Assembly: GCA_029717555.1 (NCBI GenBank)
Contig: JAMDHS010000068.1
Span: forward strand, 62,001 to 114,978
Length of the DNA: 52,978 nucleotides
DNA from: Peribolospora baueri
Taxonomy: Eukaryota
Direction: 5' to 3'
The notes below the pieces were generated by a model. That model had not been told where the DNA came from. It was given only the letters and a program-made list of their open reading frames with translations, and made no database searches. Position 1 is the first letter of the stretch. The number at the start of each line of letters is the position of its first letter. The position numbers and the translations under genes were made by a program. Of the stretch, positions 30,371-44,101 are shown piece by piece.

Positions 30371-31633
30371 TCACAAAACGAGGCACTTGCCGCCCTTGCC
30401 CGTACCGCTGCCGCGCTTCTTGGAGAGCAAGGCGGCTCTGGTAGCGTGCTCGAAAACCTCGCGAACTCCCTCGCCCGTCTTGGCGGAGCACTCGAGGTAC
30501 TTGGCCGCGCCGATCTTCTGCGCCACCGCCATGCCCTCTTCTTGCGTTACGGGGCGCTGCGACGTCTTGCGGAGCTCGTCGATCGTCTTCGGGTCGCGGC
30601 GAAGGTCCTTCTTGCAGCCGACAAGGATGATGGGCAAACCGTTGCAGAAGTGCAGCACCTCGGAAATCCACTGTGGGCGATCGTGAAAAAAAGCCGGGTC
30701 AAAGGGGTAAGCTCTGTGCCTGCACCGAAGAAGACTACACCAACGTCCCCGCTCCACCCCCAGTGAAATCTCCGTCGTCGTTCATGCGAGGCATTAACTA
30801 AGCTACGACGTCGGGCGATGGACATAGCATGGTCGCGAGCGGCCGCTCGTCGTTCATGCGAGGCATTTACCAAGCTACCACGTCGGGCGACCGACATAAC
30901 ACGGTGGCGAGGCTCACCTTTTCCTGAACGTTGTCAAGCGAATCCGGGCTGTCGACGGCGAAACAGATAAGGATGACGTGCGAGTCGGGGTAGCTGAGCG
31001 GCCTCAGACGGTCATAGTCCTCTTGGCCGGCCGTATCCCAAAGGGCGAGCTCGACGTGCTTGCCATCCACCTCGACGTCTGCGACGTAGTTTTCGAAAAC
31101 GGTAGGCACGTACACCTGGGTGAGAGGGAAGGAGGGGAAGAGTTGAGCGCACAGGGACAACGAACATCGGAGGTCGCGCACGATCGCCCTCGGCGGACCA
31201 TCCCCTTCTCGCCACACGGGCGATACATCCGCCACGCCGCCCCCCAGCCCTTCGCATATCTCGGTTCAAACGATCCGAAAGGACGGCCACCGGAAAGGAG
31301 CTCGAGATACGCAAGAATGGCGGCGTGCGCGAGATGTATGCAAGCGATGGAAAGCGAAGGACGGGCGCGGGGGGACTCAGCGCGTCTCGACGACAGACGA
31401 CGACAGCCTGTGGCAAGCAGAGCAAGCGCTGCCATGTCGAGTCGGTGCACGAGACGAGACGAGACGTCGACGTCGTTGACGACAGACAACGGGCGGCAGA
31501 AAGGATGAATGATGGGAGGAAGGAAGCGAAGACTGACCTCGGGGAAAGTACCCTTGCTGAAGACGATGAGCAGACACGTCTTTCCGCAGGCACCGTCGCC
31601 GACGATGACGAGCTTACGGCGGATCTCAGTCAT
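30371..31633 (-). CDS. RHO1: Rho1 small GTPase, 3 coding exons
   Basis: [79 protein letters not shown]...[12 protein letters not shown]...[23 protein letters not shown]...KCLVL* with a CAAX end. Confidence 0.98.
30775..30911. repeat. Diverged tandem duplication with 72-bp period in Rho1 intron 2
   Basis: TCGTCGTTCATGCGAGGCATT...AAGCTAC.ACGTCGGGCGA..GACATA.CA.GGT.GCGAG starts at 30775 and again at 30847. Confidence 0.9.
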
Positions 31634-33292
31634 GTTGTCCGAAGAACGAGGGTGACACGGCTAGGAAAAGGGGGGGAAAGAGAGAAAGGAGAAGCAGGGA
31701 GCGGAGGAAGAGAAGGACGAAGGGAGATGTGGTGTGTCTGGAGGGCTAGCCGGCGACGGTGCGGACGGCGGTTGATTGGGGGTGGGTGGAAAAGGGGGAA
31801 GCGGGGTGCGAGAGGGGCGACGGGTGGGAGGAGTGACGACGGAGGAGAGGAGCAAGACAAGGCAGGTCAGCCGGAGGAGAGGATGAGTTGAAGGACAACG
31901 ATGATGGGACGAGAGTGATTCGGCGAGAGAACGCTGCCGGCGCCCGTGGGCGGCGAACCAAGGCGGTGCGAGGGACGGACGAAATTGGAGGGAATAGAAA
32001 ATTCGCTTGGCTTGGCTTGGCTTGGCGCGATAGGAGGGAGGCGAGACGCGACGGGACGGGCGGAACTCACCTGGGAGCTCCTTGTGGACGACGATGTGGG
32101 AAGGGGATGAAGGCCTAGGAGAAGAGGAGGCGTTGGGATGAGGGGTGACTGATGTGATTGATGGGGCGGAGGTGAACGGCGAAATCGAGTCGACGGTCGG
32201 GTCGCTCACTCGCTTAGGGCTGGCTTGGCTGGCTCGCTCTGGCTGGGGCGACGGAGACGGACGGACGGACGCGTAGACAGACGGACAGGGATAGGGATAG
32301 GATAGGGACACGACGACGGGCCAGCGCTGCCGCCCACCCACGCCACGCCTCGTCCGACCGTGGGAATTTCCACCTAGGGTTATCCAGCCGTGGCTCTGCT
32401 CCACGTGATCTGCTGCGGAGAAGCGGGCAGCGTACTCTCTGGCACGGACGGAGACGGACGGCTGCTTTTCCTCGAGCGCGTACTGCATATTATTTATTAT
32501 ACTGTCCGATCGTCTGGACTGGACTGGACTGGGAAATAAAGGCTCGCCCGCCGTGTCCGTCTCTCTTCTATCCGTCGTTATCGCTCCCAAGGACGATCGG
32601 TCAGCCCCGGAGCCGCCTCGCCCATCTTCGATTCGCCCCGGCGCATCGGCGCGTCGGCCCATCAGCATCGCACGGTGCACACGCCGCTGGACGAGCTGGA
32701 AGCCAGCGAGCGACACGCCGTCGCGTCCCGTCCGTCTGGCTCGGTTCCTGATCGCTATCGAGAATCCCTTCTGTGCCCACCCATCGCTTCTCTCAGGACA
32801 TGCGTCTCCTCACCGGTGCCTGAAACGTCCACAACGCGTTCGACGGGTCGCTTCGCTCTCAGCGTTGGCCCCTCTCGTGGGCCCCGGCTGCAGACTGGCA
32901 CAGCGGACGGAGCGCGCCAGATTCCATTTTGGTAACGCCGACCGACCGACCGACCCCTGCGTATAATAATAATAATAATAAGTTCTCTACGCCGAGCCAA
33001 GATGCGGAGCGAGGCTCGCTCATATGATATGCATGACAGTTTCGTTCATGGCACAGCAAGCCCCCGCCCCGACTGCTTGTCTACGTCCCGTTTGCCCGCG
33101 TGTCTAATTTGGAACCTCTCCATGTACGTAGAGCGTTCCAACGTCCATGGGGAAGCAAGAGAGCATGCTGGACGTCCTTCGCACTGACACGCGCGGGGGA
33201 ACGGTCCTTTTCACCCGCAGTATGTACTTTCTCAATTATGACTAGTCAGCTCAGGTATACAAGTGTACAACAAGTCGCGTATTGGTTCGTTA

Positions 33293-36200
33293 ATGGCCGC
33301 TCGTAGCTTGCTTCCTTCGTCGTCCTCCACAGATGCCGGCCGGAATGGACGGCCAAAGAGGACGACGACCAGAAGGACGACCACGTTGATGGGAGAGGAA
33401 GGCGTGAAGCGGCGTCGGCTCGGCAGATACGTGAATACGAGACCATGGCCATGCCATGGCGCTATCCACGGCAGTGACGGAGAAGAGAGCAGATCTTGGC
33501 GCCTCGCCGGCGCCTCCTTGCCGACGCCGAGGAGGAGGTAGTCGCACACTCACTCGCCCTCGTACGACCCCGACCCCTCTCAGCACGCCTTCTTATTCTT
33601 CTTCTTCTCCCCTTTCTTGCCTACCTCATCCTCTTGAACACCATTCCCTCACTCCAGCCCGCTCACTTCCACCTCTCCGATCCACGTTGCCGTCCGTCGC
33701 TCACCCCGCATTTCCCGCCCTACCCCTCCTCACCTCACCGCTTTCCTTTCACCACAGGCCTTCCAGATGCGACGATAGCCCCCGCGTCCTGCCGTCGCAA
33801 CCCTGCCATGGAGCCCGATGGGCAAGGACAACATGGGACGAAGCGGCGTCGATCCCCGCACTCGACTTCCTTCCACCCACGAGACCAGCTCTCCTCCTTC
33901 CCTTCGGCCCCCACCTCCCTACGCCTTCCTCTCTCTCTCGGCTACTCCAACTTCCAGCTCATCTACACACTTCCCCTGCTCTTTGGCTCCCCTTCCCCTT
34001 CCTCCCCTCCTCAAACCCTCTCCCTCCAGATCGACACAGGCTCCTCTGACCTTTGGGTGGCCTCCACCAACTGCACCGCCGACGTCTGCGCCCAGCCCGG
34101 CGTGAACAAGTTCGACATCCGTGCCTCCGCTTCGGCCGTCCAGACCGGCGAGACGTTCTCCGTCGCCTACCTCATAGGTTCGGCGTCCGGGCCGATCATC
34201 TCCGATACGGTGACGGTGGGAACCACGGACGACGATGCTGCCAACGGCGTTGGAGGCCTCACCATCCCCTCCCAAGCTTTCGCCGCCTGCGATCACGTTA
34301 CCGTCGAGCAATTCTCCACCGCCCACTTCAGCGGCATTCTAGGCCTAGCATTGCCCGGCAACAGCATCATCCAAAACGTCCTCGGCGGAAGAGGCGACGT
34401 CGCCACTATCGACGAGGAAGATGCATTCATGTCGCCGAACAGGACGGGCGCGTTCGTGGGCAGCATCTGGCAGGCTTTGCTCGACGACGACGCCGCGGAC
34501 TCCGATGATGGCTCCGACAACGGGAGTTCTGCCTCGTCGACGTCCTCGGGCGCCCTCTATTTCTCCGTCGGCTTGCAGCGGCCTGGAGCGCTGGGAGGGA
34601 TGGGAGACAGCGTGCTGACCGTAGGTGAGTGCCGAGTCGTTTGCCCAAGATTCCTCCTGTGCGCTGCAAAAGAATGCGACTATATGCGCTGCCGCATCGT
34701 CGTATCCTACACGAGTGCTCCGCCGGACTGTGGTTTGGTTTTTCTTACTGCTTTGGGGGCTGGGAGCAGAAGGACGGGTGCAGGGAGGATCCTTTGGACC
34801 GACACCAGCTCACGTCCACCCCATCTTCCCTTTATACCTGACTCCTTTCCCTTCCGTTTGTTTCCTTTCGCCCCCTCCCCCCCTTCAAGGCACTTTGGAC
34901 GCTCAGTACGCGACCACTCTCACAGACCTCACCTTCTCCTCCGTCCCCGTCGCCCTCTCCGGCTATCCCAAGTTTTGGCGGTTGCCCATGACATCCCTAA
35001 ACGTCGACTGGCAAGGCGGCACGCATCAGATCGCACTCCACCCCAGCGTCGTCTCGGATCAGCAGACCGTGTCCGCTTTCCCTTTGGCCGTCTTCGATAC
35101 CGGAGGTAAGCGTGCCCCGTGGATCGGCCACGCTGCTATCTGCCCTGTCGCGTCAAAATAGAATCTAAGCCTGTTTCCCAACCCTCTCGCCCACCCGTAG
35201 GCACGAACATCTTCGGGCCCCCGCAAGCGGTCAATGACCTCTACCGCGTCTGGGGTATCTCCCAGAGTGCAGACGGCAATTGTGAGTCGTTGGTGGCCCC
35301 GCCGTCCACTTATCTGGTCTCCGGTCTTGTGTCATGACACTATGGCTAACTCACCGTCGACGCCGTCGTATTCGCATCCTCCCGGATTCCGCTCAGACTA
35401 TGTGCCATGTACGCTCGCCCAGCAGATCACCGTATGCTTCGGCGGATCGGACGCTATTCAAGTACCTCTCCACCCTCTGGACATGAGCGTACCCACCCCG
35501 AATGGATCGGGCGAGAGATGCATCGGCGCCTTTCAAGCCCTCCCGGGCGATCCTACTCAATCTCCGGGCGACTTGTGAGTGCCGTGGAGAAGCTTTCCGA
35601 TTGTGGTAGAGACTGGAATCGCGTCCTCGGCGCTGAACAGGTTTTGTGCCTCGGTCCTTTGATCGTGCGCAGCATCATGGGCACAGCTTTCATGCGTGCC
35701 GCCTACTCTGTCTTCTCCTGTTCTGGCGACCTTACAGTGCCGTCGACGGAGAGCGTCACCTCGTCCTGCCAAGCTTCCGTCGGCCTGCGCTCGATGCAAA
35801 ACGCGTCCCAGATGCTGGACGAGTTTAACCGCGTTCGCGTCCTCCACGAGGACCTCAAAGGCACCGCTCCGAACCCTTCCGGCTCTCCCGACTTCAATAT
35901 CCGCCGAGGGCTCAGCGCGGGTGCCAAGGTTGGCATCGGCATCAGCATCGGCGTCGCGTTTATGGCCGTCGTCGTCTTCCTCTCGTTCTACTTTAGCTCC
36001 AGACGCGCCGCCGCGTCTTTGAACATGGCCCGGCGCAAGTTTCCCCTCGGCGTGTTCGGAAAGGCCGATAGCGGGCGAGGTGGAGTGGATGTGGCGAGCG
36101 ACGACGCCTCGGAAGGCATCGAAGAAAAGCGAAGCCGTCGACAAATGTTAAACCCACTTCATCTCGCGCTCGTAGGCGCCAATAGGAGGTCGAGCGGTGG

Positions 36201-36978
36201 GTATGAGGTGGCACAGAGTTGGGCGGTCGACAGCTACGACCAGTCGAGCGGCCGACGACGGCCTCCGTCTCACTCTCATTCGGCGCACATGAGCGTCAGC
36301 TTCAGCGGCGATGACCGATATCCCAGCTTTGGATATGGCAGCATGCTTGGCACGCCCTTAACCCTACCGAGCAGCGTCCGTGGCAGCAGCTATCTTGGTT
36401 CGGACAGGGACAGGGACGCCGACAGCGGCTATTTTGGGCATGCCTCAGCCCTGCGTCGTTCTCAAACTCCTGATTCTCCGGCCAGACGATTGCTCGGCGA
36501 TCCCATCTCTCCGCCCCATGCGTCTGGTCAGGCATCGCCTCGGGGCATTCGGCACAACGACGTGTTGCAGCATTGGGACGAGCAGGGTATGACCCTCCCG
36601 TCTTCTCGCCGGCTTCTGCTTGGCGACGCGCTCCTCCTCGAGGGCACCCACCACGACGAGCGCCACCGCGCGCTTACCTCCGTCTCTTTCTCGCCGCCCT
36701 TCTCGCCGTCTCAATTGCCCATCATGCTAGCCACAGCCTCCACTCCCAATCCTTGCGTCAGGCCCTTACCGATTCCGAATCCCGTCGGACACGGAATCGA
36801 AGAGGACCCGCAGAGCCAGAGCCAGAGTTGGAGCGGCACGGTCAGGCACGGGCGTGCCAGAGCCAGCGTGCATGTCGAGGCCGAGGCCGGCCAGTACGCG
36901 GAGCCGCCGTCGCCCAGCAGCGCAATGGACCCAGCAATAGAAGCCAATAGGCGACTGTTGGGAGATGGACGTCCTTGA
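33293..36978 (+). CDS. Pepsin-family (A1) aspartic protease with a C-terminal transmembrane helix and long cytoplasmic tail; start uncertain
   Basis: First motif LQIDTGSSDLWV, then FSVAYLIGSASG and SGILGLA. The second motif AVFDTGG|TNIFGP spans intron 35106-35200, followed by YVPC and IMGTAFMRAAYSVF. TM segment GIGISIGVAFMAVVVFLSFYF is followed by RR. There is no in-frame ATG before the N-terminal hydrophobic stretch unless it is spliced from ATG 33293 (possible intron 33431-33492). Confidence 0.88.
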
Positions 36979-38112
36979 TCCGCACCGCGCCAATCTTCGC
37001 TCTGAGATTTTAAATCCCGTTCTCCCGGTAGCCTCGGCGCTGTCTCATACTTCCATCCAGGTCTCTCGGAGCTCTCGCACACGTCACCATCTCTCCTCCC
37101 GCCCCCCGTCGCCGTTCGCTTATGGACCTCTGGATATCTGTTGCTAGGCACGCACTTTCCCTTCTTCCCCTCCTTCTCGTCCACTCGTCCTCATCTCGCC
37201 TTGGCATACCATACTTCGGTCCGACTTAATTCTCCCGAGCCCGGTCCCAAGTCCTCGCACGTACCCACTATACCTCGCCCCGGTCTTATCTCGGGCCTGG
37301 TCGCACCTTTTAAAAGGGCGCGGACCGAATGAGACGTCATGGCTCGCCTCGCAATGCCACTTGTCAGCCAATGCACCTTAGGCAGCCCGCATGCGCAAAA
37401 GAGGAACAAGTTGAGAGACGGCCTGTGTCTCGCAGCGTCTCCATTCATTGGCTGGTACGTTCGGGGTCCGCATCTAGTTTTTTACGCGCGGTGCACGTTT
37501 TCGACTGCGGGAGCGGCGGGTGGAAGCCAACAAACAACTAAGGAAAAAAAAAAAAAAAAAAGAAAAGAGACGACCGATGATAGATCCCGTCGGTCGGTTC
37601 GGTTCAATTCGTTTGTTCACCGCCGCGCCGCGTCTCCAATTCGAAATTGATGTCTGTCTGTCGACACGATCGATGTGCGACGCGACTCGACTCTACTAGA
37701 GACGCGCGCGCGGATCCTTCCTTCCTTCCTTTCTTCCTTCCTCCCCTTCCGCTCCCTCGTTCGTTCGTTCGTTCGGCGTTTATTTGTCCCGGGCAGCAAG
37801 CAGCTCGCTGCTGTTGTGTTTACGCCCGCACGCGCGCGGAGGGGGGAAGAACGAGTTCGGTTGCCGAAGTGAATACAATACAAAGGAGGGAGATAGATGG
37901 GGTTCCGGAAGAGGAAATAGGCAGACGGCCCGAAGGGATACAGATGTGGAAGGAGAGGGAAGGGTAGAACGTGGACGAAAAACAGAAAGCGAAGGGACGA
38001 GAAGGGGGCGATGAGGTAGGTAGGTAGGTACTCGTCTCTCTTCTCATCCTCCTCTCCGTTATCGCACTCTAAGGCGCCCGCCGTCGATAAGCGAGCGCAC
38101 GGCGCGTGCGCG

Positions 38113-39190
38113 TCACCGCCTCTTCCTCCACATCCCCTCATCACGCATCCTAGCCCACCGCACCCTGAACCTTCTGGCCACCGTCCCCAAAAAGCCGTCC
38201 AAAATCCACGAGTCCGGCAACCAGCTCAGAAAGCCAACCTCGATGGCGTGCCTCCAGCTGCCCGGACCGATCCGGGTTCCGTCGCCCATGACGCGCACGC
38301 AGTCCCGCGCGAATGACCGGGCCGTCGTACGAAGGAGGCCGGGAGGGTCAGGGTTGGAGGGCGTGACGACGCTGCCTACGAGGACGGCTTGCACCGTGAC
38401 CTGACGAGTGGACGGGTCGAGGTAGAGCTCACGTGAGAGGCTGGTAGAGAAGGCGTTGATGGCCGCTTTCGTCGTGGAATAGACGGTTAGGAAGGCTGTT
38501 TGAAGGAAAGGGAGCGGGGAAGAGGCGGAGGGACGTGAGCGAGAGGACGAGACGAGACGAGCGGGGTCGAAATCTCCGTTGACAATCATCGTCCCACTCA
38601 CGCAGAGGTAAGAGCGACACGTGAGATGAGATGTTGACGATGTGACTGGGCTGGTGCGCCTTGAGGAGCGGCAGCAGCGCTCTGGTGAGCAGAATAGTGA
38701 ACATGAGGTTGGATTGGAGCACGGCAGCGATGTCATCCTCCTCGGCCTCCACGAGCGAACTCCAAGCCGTCTCGGGGCTTCTGCTGGCAAAGCTGACGTT
38801 GTTGATAAGAAGCGTGAGTTTGAGATCGCTGAGCGCCTCTCTGAAGGAGGCGTAGTCAAGCTTGGGACCGTTGGATGCGTCGGCGACGATCACTCTCACT
38901 TCCGTCCTGCTTCCTCGCCTGCCTCTCTGGATCGCCTCGGTCAGGATCTCCTGCCGCACGCGCTCGAGTTTCTCATTGTCTCGACCGTGGAGGACGACGT
39001 TGAAGCCATAGACGATCGCCAGCTCCCGAGCGAGCGCCAGACCGATGCCGGCCGAGCTTCCCGTGACGAGCGCCCAGGACGCGTCGCCCGGGTGGAGGAA
39101 GGCCTCTATGGGCGGGGTACCGAAGGGGAGGTAGCGGTAGAAGGGAATGTACCGGGCCAGCGCGAGCGGCGTCGAGGCTCGCAAAGACAT
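38113..39190 (-). CDS. Short-chain dehydrogenase/reductase (17-beta-HSD/3-ketoacyl-CoA reductase-like), 2 exons
   Basis: WALVTGSSAGIG Rossmann motif, NVVLHGR..EKLE, LINNV, IVNISS and catalytic YSTTK after the intron. Confidence 0.9.
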
Positions 39191-39801
39191 AATGACGAAC
39201 GCCCTTCTCCGTTCCCGCCGAGAGACTGGACGATGGACGAGGGAAAGGAAGAGCGGGAATGACGTCTGATCCGCGGCGACTGACGGAAAACGTGGCGAGG
39301 CTGGGGACGTAGGATCCGGCGGTACCTAACTGTACACAAAACACGATTGGCCGTCTTTCGTCTCCTTTCGACAGGGCTTGCTGAAGAGCAACGTCGTTAT
39401 CTGGGTGCAAATCATGATTTACACACAGCCACCGTCCGTCCTCAAGGGATCATCGTATGCACATACTTCCATACATGGCTCGACGCCGTGTACTGGACCG
39501 TGTGATCTTCCCACGCCCCGCACGAGCCAGCCCTTCTATTGCTGATCATCATCACGACGAAGACCAACGATTCCGAGGACGAGGCGAATATCGTTCGCTC
39601 TTCGACCTCCCACCGCCTCCTGCGCCTTCGTCTCCCGAGCATTACCTGCCTTCCCCCCCTTCTCCTTGTTCGTTGCCGCGAGCAGGGGCCACAGGTTTCC
39701 GCTGGCCGTCCGCTTTCCAGTGTCTGTCGCCCTTCCCTCGCGCAGAGCATCAGGGAAAAGGAATCGCTCGTCTGGAGACGCGTAGTAAAAGTGAATTCAG
39801 C

Positions 39802-40836
39802 ATGTCCTTCTCGCCTTCATACCGGTACATCACCGGCGAGGAGCTGGCAGAATTGCTGAGGAAGCGACCGAGGGGTGTCAAGCCAGGGGAGAGCAAGGAT
39901 GTTTTGGTCGTCGACGTGCGCGGTGAGTGCGTGCGGTCACGAACCGTCGTCTCCTACGCGGGTTTATGCTCCGCCGCGATGTTCTCGGCTCTGCGTGTCT
40001 TCATGTATCCGATCGACTCACTCACAGCCTGCCGTTACCCACCCGCGCCTGCCACTGCGAGCAGAGAGCGACTTTGAGGGTGGCAACATTGTCGGGTGTA
40101 TCAACGTTCCCGCTAACTGCTTCTCAGTGGAGGTCGGAGATCTGGTCAAACAGGCCAAGGATGGTAAGCGAATGAGCGTGTGCTTTACGTCCCAGGCTAC
40201 CATGGGGCGGGGGCGAGGAGCCGAGCCGCTTCTCTTGCGATATGGCGAAGCGAGCCCTTGCGAGCTCGTTCACGCTTGTCCCTCTATAGGGTTTGACAGT
40301 CTAATGTGTTTCCTCCAATCCTTTTTGACTCTAGTGGACATGGTCGTCTTTCACTGCAGTTTATCACAACAACGGTGAGTCGAGCCCTCGAGCAAACTGG
40401 CTCTGTAAAACCTTGCCGGCTTTCGCCGACGTCTATTGCCGTCGTCCAACACCGCGCCGCTGACGCTGTCAATCTCTCTCATTCATTTTCTTCTTTCGGC
40501 TCGCTTCTCTCGCTTCTCTTCCGCCCCGTGCCCTGCCCACGACTTAATCAGAGGCCCGAAGGCAGCAAGAATTTATGCGGAAGAGAGGGAATCCCTTTTC
40601 CCACCAGGATCGGACGGAGCGAAGGAGCAGAAAGTGATGGTCTTGAGAGGAGGATTTGCCCAGTTCGTGGCTCAGTACCATGTGCGTCGTGTGTGCTTGA
40701 GATGGAAGGGAGGAAGGCGACCAAACCATAAATGTCTTTCGCGCGCGTCATTGACCCCGTTCTGCCTCCCGTGTCCTCACAGCAAGACCCGCTGCTCGTG
40801 GAGAAGTACGACAAGGACATGTGGGAGTCGTATTGA
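39802..40836 (+). CDS. Cdc25/Acr2-type rhodanese-fold phosphatase or arsenate reductase (Ych1/Ibp1-like), 5 exons
   Basis: YITGEELAELL...VVDVR|ESDFEGGNIVGCINVP|VVFHCSLSQQR|GPKAARIY...VMVLRGGFAQF...|QDPLLVEKYDKDMW, with the HCx5R active site intact. Confidence 0.92.
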
Positions 40837-41557
40837 GAGCGTTCATAGGCAAGACAGACGCGGCGGGTCTCGCGGCTTTGGCATGTACGGTTTGCGGCAC
40901 GTTGGAACGGCTCGCCTCTCCGCTGCATATACAGTACATAGATTGTCGGCATGGTGTGCCCCCGTTTCCATAGATCTTCCTCATCCTTGGCTCCTGCATC
41001 GAAAGAATTGACCGTGGTGACAGTGCGTTCCGCCTAACGAGTGCTGGTCATCTCGAATCCAGAAGAGGGGAAGCCCAGCCGACGCAAGGAACGACCCTTT
41101 CTATAGTCGAGGAGCGAGCCGGTCTTCAAACAGCGCGACTCTGTAGGCACGGAGGAAAGGAAGCTGTCGGAGCCCCGGGCCGAGTGCTGTGTCGTCAGCT
41201 GCGTTTTCACCTGGGCCCGATTGTCGGGGCCGTGGCAGCGGGCTGCTGCGGCAGCTCACGTGGCCTGGCTCGGCCGCTCGGTTGGCCTCGACTGTAAGGG
41301 CTCTCAAGGGGAGAGAAAGATCCGAAGCTGGGCCGATGAGAGCAGAGACGCGGCACCAACGCTCTCCGTTCCCCTCCATTCCGTATCTCCCCTTCCTTCC
41401 TTCTCATCGTCCTCGTCCTCGGCCGGAAACACAAAAGGAGACGCAAAAGAAACCGACGGCCGTCTTTCGTCCTTCACCCCTCGTCCCAACCCCGCCACTA
41501 GTCACCAGGCGCTTCCCTGGCCTCCACACCGCCGGCCTCACCACCTCGTCTTCCTCC

Positions 41558-43534
41558 ATGTCGTCCACAAAGGCCGCCATGAACAAGGGCATTGGCAAGA
41601 TCGAGCTGCAGGCAGAGTTGCCGGGTGAGCAGGAGCGACTTTGTGGACGGTGTGGTTCTTTGTTTCGCCGTCTTCCGTCATCCATTTGCCGGCGGTCGGT
41701 TTCAAGGAGGTCGTCTGGGCGGACGGTCAAGTCTCGTGCAGCGCATCCTCGGTTCTTGACCTGACTTTTATGCGTCCTGAACAACGAATGAATGACCGAA
41801 CCGTCGATCTCTCCATTTTTCATTTCCTGTTCTCTTTCTCCTGTTCTCCCCCGATCGTCTCGCACAGGCCATGACGATCGCGCGTGGGCGGTCGCTTGGA
41901 ACCCGCGTCTGCAGCTGCTGGCGTCTTGTTCGACGGACAAGACGGTGCGATTGTACGGCTACTCCTTTGCGCCTTATGCTTCTTCTTCCACCGTAGACCC
42001 TCCACGACCGACGGTGCGATGGACCCTCCGAGGCTCCATCCCGACGGGGCATAAAAAGACGGTGCGCCACGTCGCCTGGTCACCCTCCGGACGTACGCTG
42101 GCCACGGCCAGCTTTGACAGCACGGTGGGCATCTGGGAGCGGGTGGACGACCTGGACGAGGAGGGGAGGCCGCAGACCAGCTTGAGGGAGATCAGGGACT
42201 CGGTGGCGGAGGATGGTACAGACGGAGCGGGCGTGGGTTATGGGGGCGGCTTTGGTGCGGACATGAACGTCGACGGAGAAGGTGGGAGTGGGGGAGGAGC
42301 GCAGGGAGGCCAAGAAGCGGAATGGGACTGTGTTGGCACGCTGGAGGGACACGAGAGCGAATGCAAGGCCGTCGCGTTCAGCGCCAACGGGGGCGTGCTT
42401 GCCAGCTGCAGCAGAGACAAGAGCGTGTGGATTTGGGAAGGTGAGCGACATTTCTTTCCGCGGCTAGGATGTGGAGCCGAAAAGGTTCATGGACGTCTTG
42501 TTCTCTGAGCACAGTTCAACCGGATGCAGAGTTCGACTGCCTGAGCGTGCTCATGGAGCACAGCCAGGACGTTAAGACAGTGACGTGGCATCCCAAAGAG
42601 GAGGTTAGCTTTCGTCCTTTCCTTTTCTCCGAAGACGAGTCAGGCGTCGTGCTGACGTTCCAATCCATCGACATGTCGCTTGACGTCACCCGCTCTGATA
42701 GATTCTCGCGTCTGCGTCGTACGACGACACGATCAAGCTGTACATCGATGACCCGTCGGAAGACTGGTACGCTTACGCGACTTTGACAGGCCACACCTCG
42801 ACCGTCTGGTCTCTCTCCTTCTCCCCCTGCGGCAACTACCTTGCCTCGGGCTCGGACGACCTTACGATCCGCATTTGGCGGCGTCTGGACGCACAACAAG
42901 CGTCGGAGCGTGGGTACGGCGTAGAGGGCAAGGTGGCAGGACGAAAGGGGGACAAGTGGGTGGAGGTGAGGAGGATCGAGAAGGCGCACTCGAGGACGAT
43001 TTACTCCGTCGCTTGGGGCGAGGACGCGAGGACGGCAGAGGAGGGCGGGTTGGGAAGAATTGTGAGCGCTGGTGGGGATGGGAGGATATGCGTGTTCGAG
43101 ATGGTGAGCGAGCCGGTTTCGTGCACACTTACGAGAGTGAGGCCATGATGAAAGACTGCTTGGGAAGGCAGGCTCAAGCTCTGGCGTTAACCCTATTCGG
43201 ATCCCGCCGTCTTTCCTTCCGTCTCTTCATCTGCTCTCCTTTCCAGACGGCTCCATCATCAGACTCGGGCTCCCTGGCGCCATCGACGCGTCTTCTCGGC
43301 ACGGTCGAGTCGGCGCACGGTGTCTCGGACGTAAACGCGGTGTCGTGGTGTCCCTCGCGCTCCCAACTGGCCGCGTATACGGACCCAGGGGCAGATGGGG
43401 AGCATGAGGCGGGGGAAGACAGTCCCAAGTTGGACCATCGGATGAGGGACGTGTTCGCCAGCGCCGGTGACGACGGCGTCATCCGGGTTTGGAGCGTGCG
43501 CGGAGACGAAGGCGACGAGACGGTGGTCGCATGA
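41558..43534 (+). CDS. CIA1: Cia1, WD40 cytosolic Fe-S cluster assembly protein
   Basis: GHDDRAWAVAWNP, LASCSTDKTVRLY, GHKKTVRHVAWSPSGRTLATASFDSTVGIW, LEGHESECKAVAFS, CSRDKSVWIWE, EHSQDVKTVTWHP, ASASYDDTIKLY and AHGVSDVNAVSW. Confidence 0.95.
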
Positions 43535-44030
43535 CGGCAGAGGCGGTGGGTGCTGCGTCGTCCACCTCCGAGTCTCCTTCCTCCCTGATTCCGGTTTCGT
43601 TTCGGGCGGAATCCCACTCTGGCACCTGCTTCCGCCCGTCCGTTCGTCCGTCCGTCCATCAGCCAATCAGTTGGGTCAGCGTCGCCGGTCCCGTCAGTCA
43701 CAAGACACAAAAGGGTCAACAGATTTGCAGATAGGGATTTTTCTACCTCGTGGGTTTTGTCGCCGGTCCAAGTCGCTTTCGTTCCTCTTCCCCGTGCCCC
43801 TGTACTCCCCCCCCCTCCTCCCCCCCTTGCCCCCCAGCACGGCGTCCGCTTTGGTGTTCGTCCATGTATTGCAATCCAGGCATGTTATTGGGTTCGTCGC
43901 CAGAATGGCCGGTGAGAGTCGGCTTTTGGTGGAGTAGAGAGGAGAGAGAGGGTTGTGTTAAGACGTCCAGAGGGGACCCCGTGCGCACTGGTAGAAGTAT
44001 GTTATTGGCCATACATCATTCACACGCCTC

Positions 44031-44101
44031 GCTTTAATGGGGTAGTGGTAACCTAGGACCTTGCCATGGTCCAGCCAGGGGTTCGATTCCCCTTTAAAGC
44101 A
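44031..44101 (+). tRNA. tRNA-Gly (anticodon GCC), intronless
   Basis: Cloverleaf of 71 nt: acceptor GCTTTAA/TTAAAGC-A, D loop TAGTGGTAA, anticodon arm GGACC-TTGCCAT-GGTCC, T arm AGGGG-TTCGATT-CCCCT. A T-run Pol III terminator follows immediately. Confidence 0.97.
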
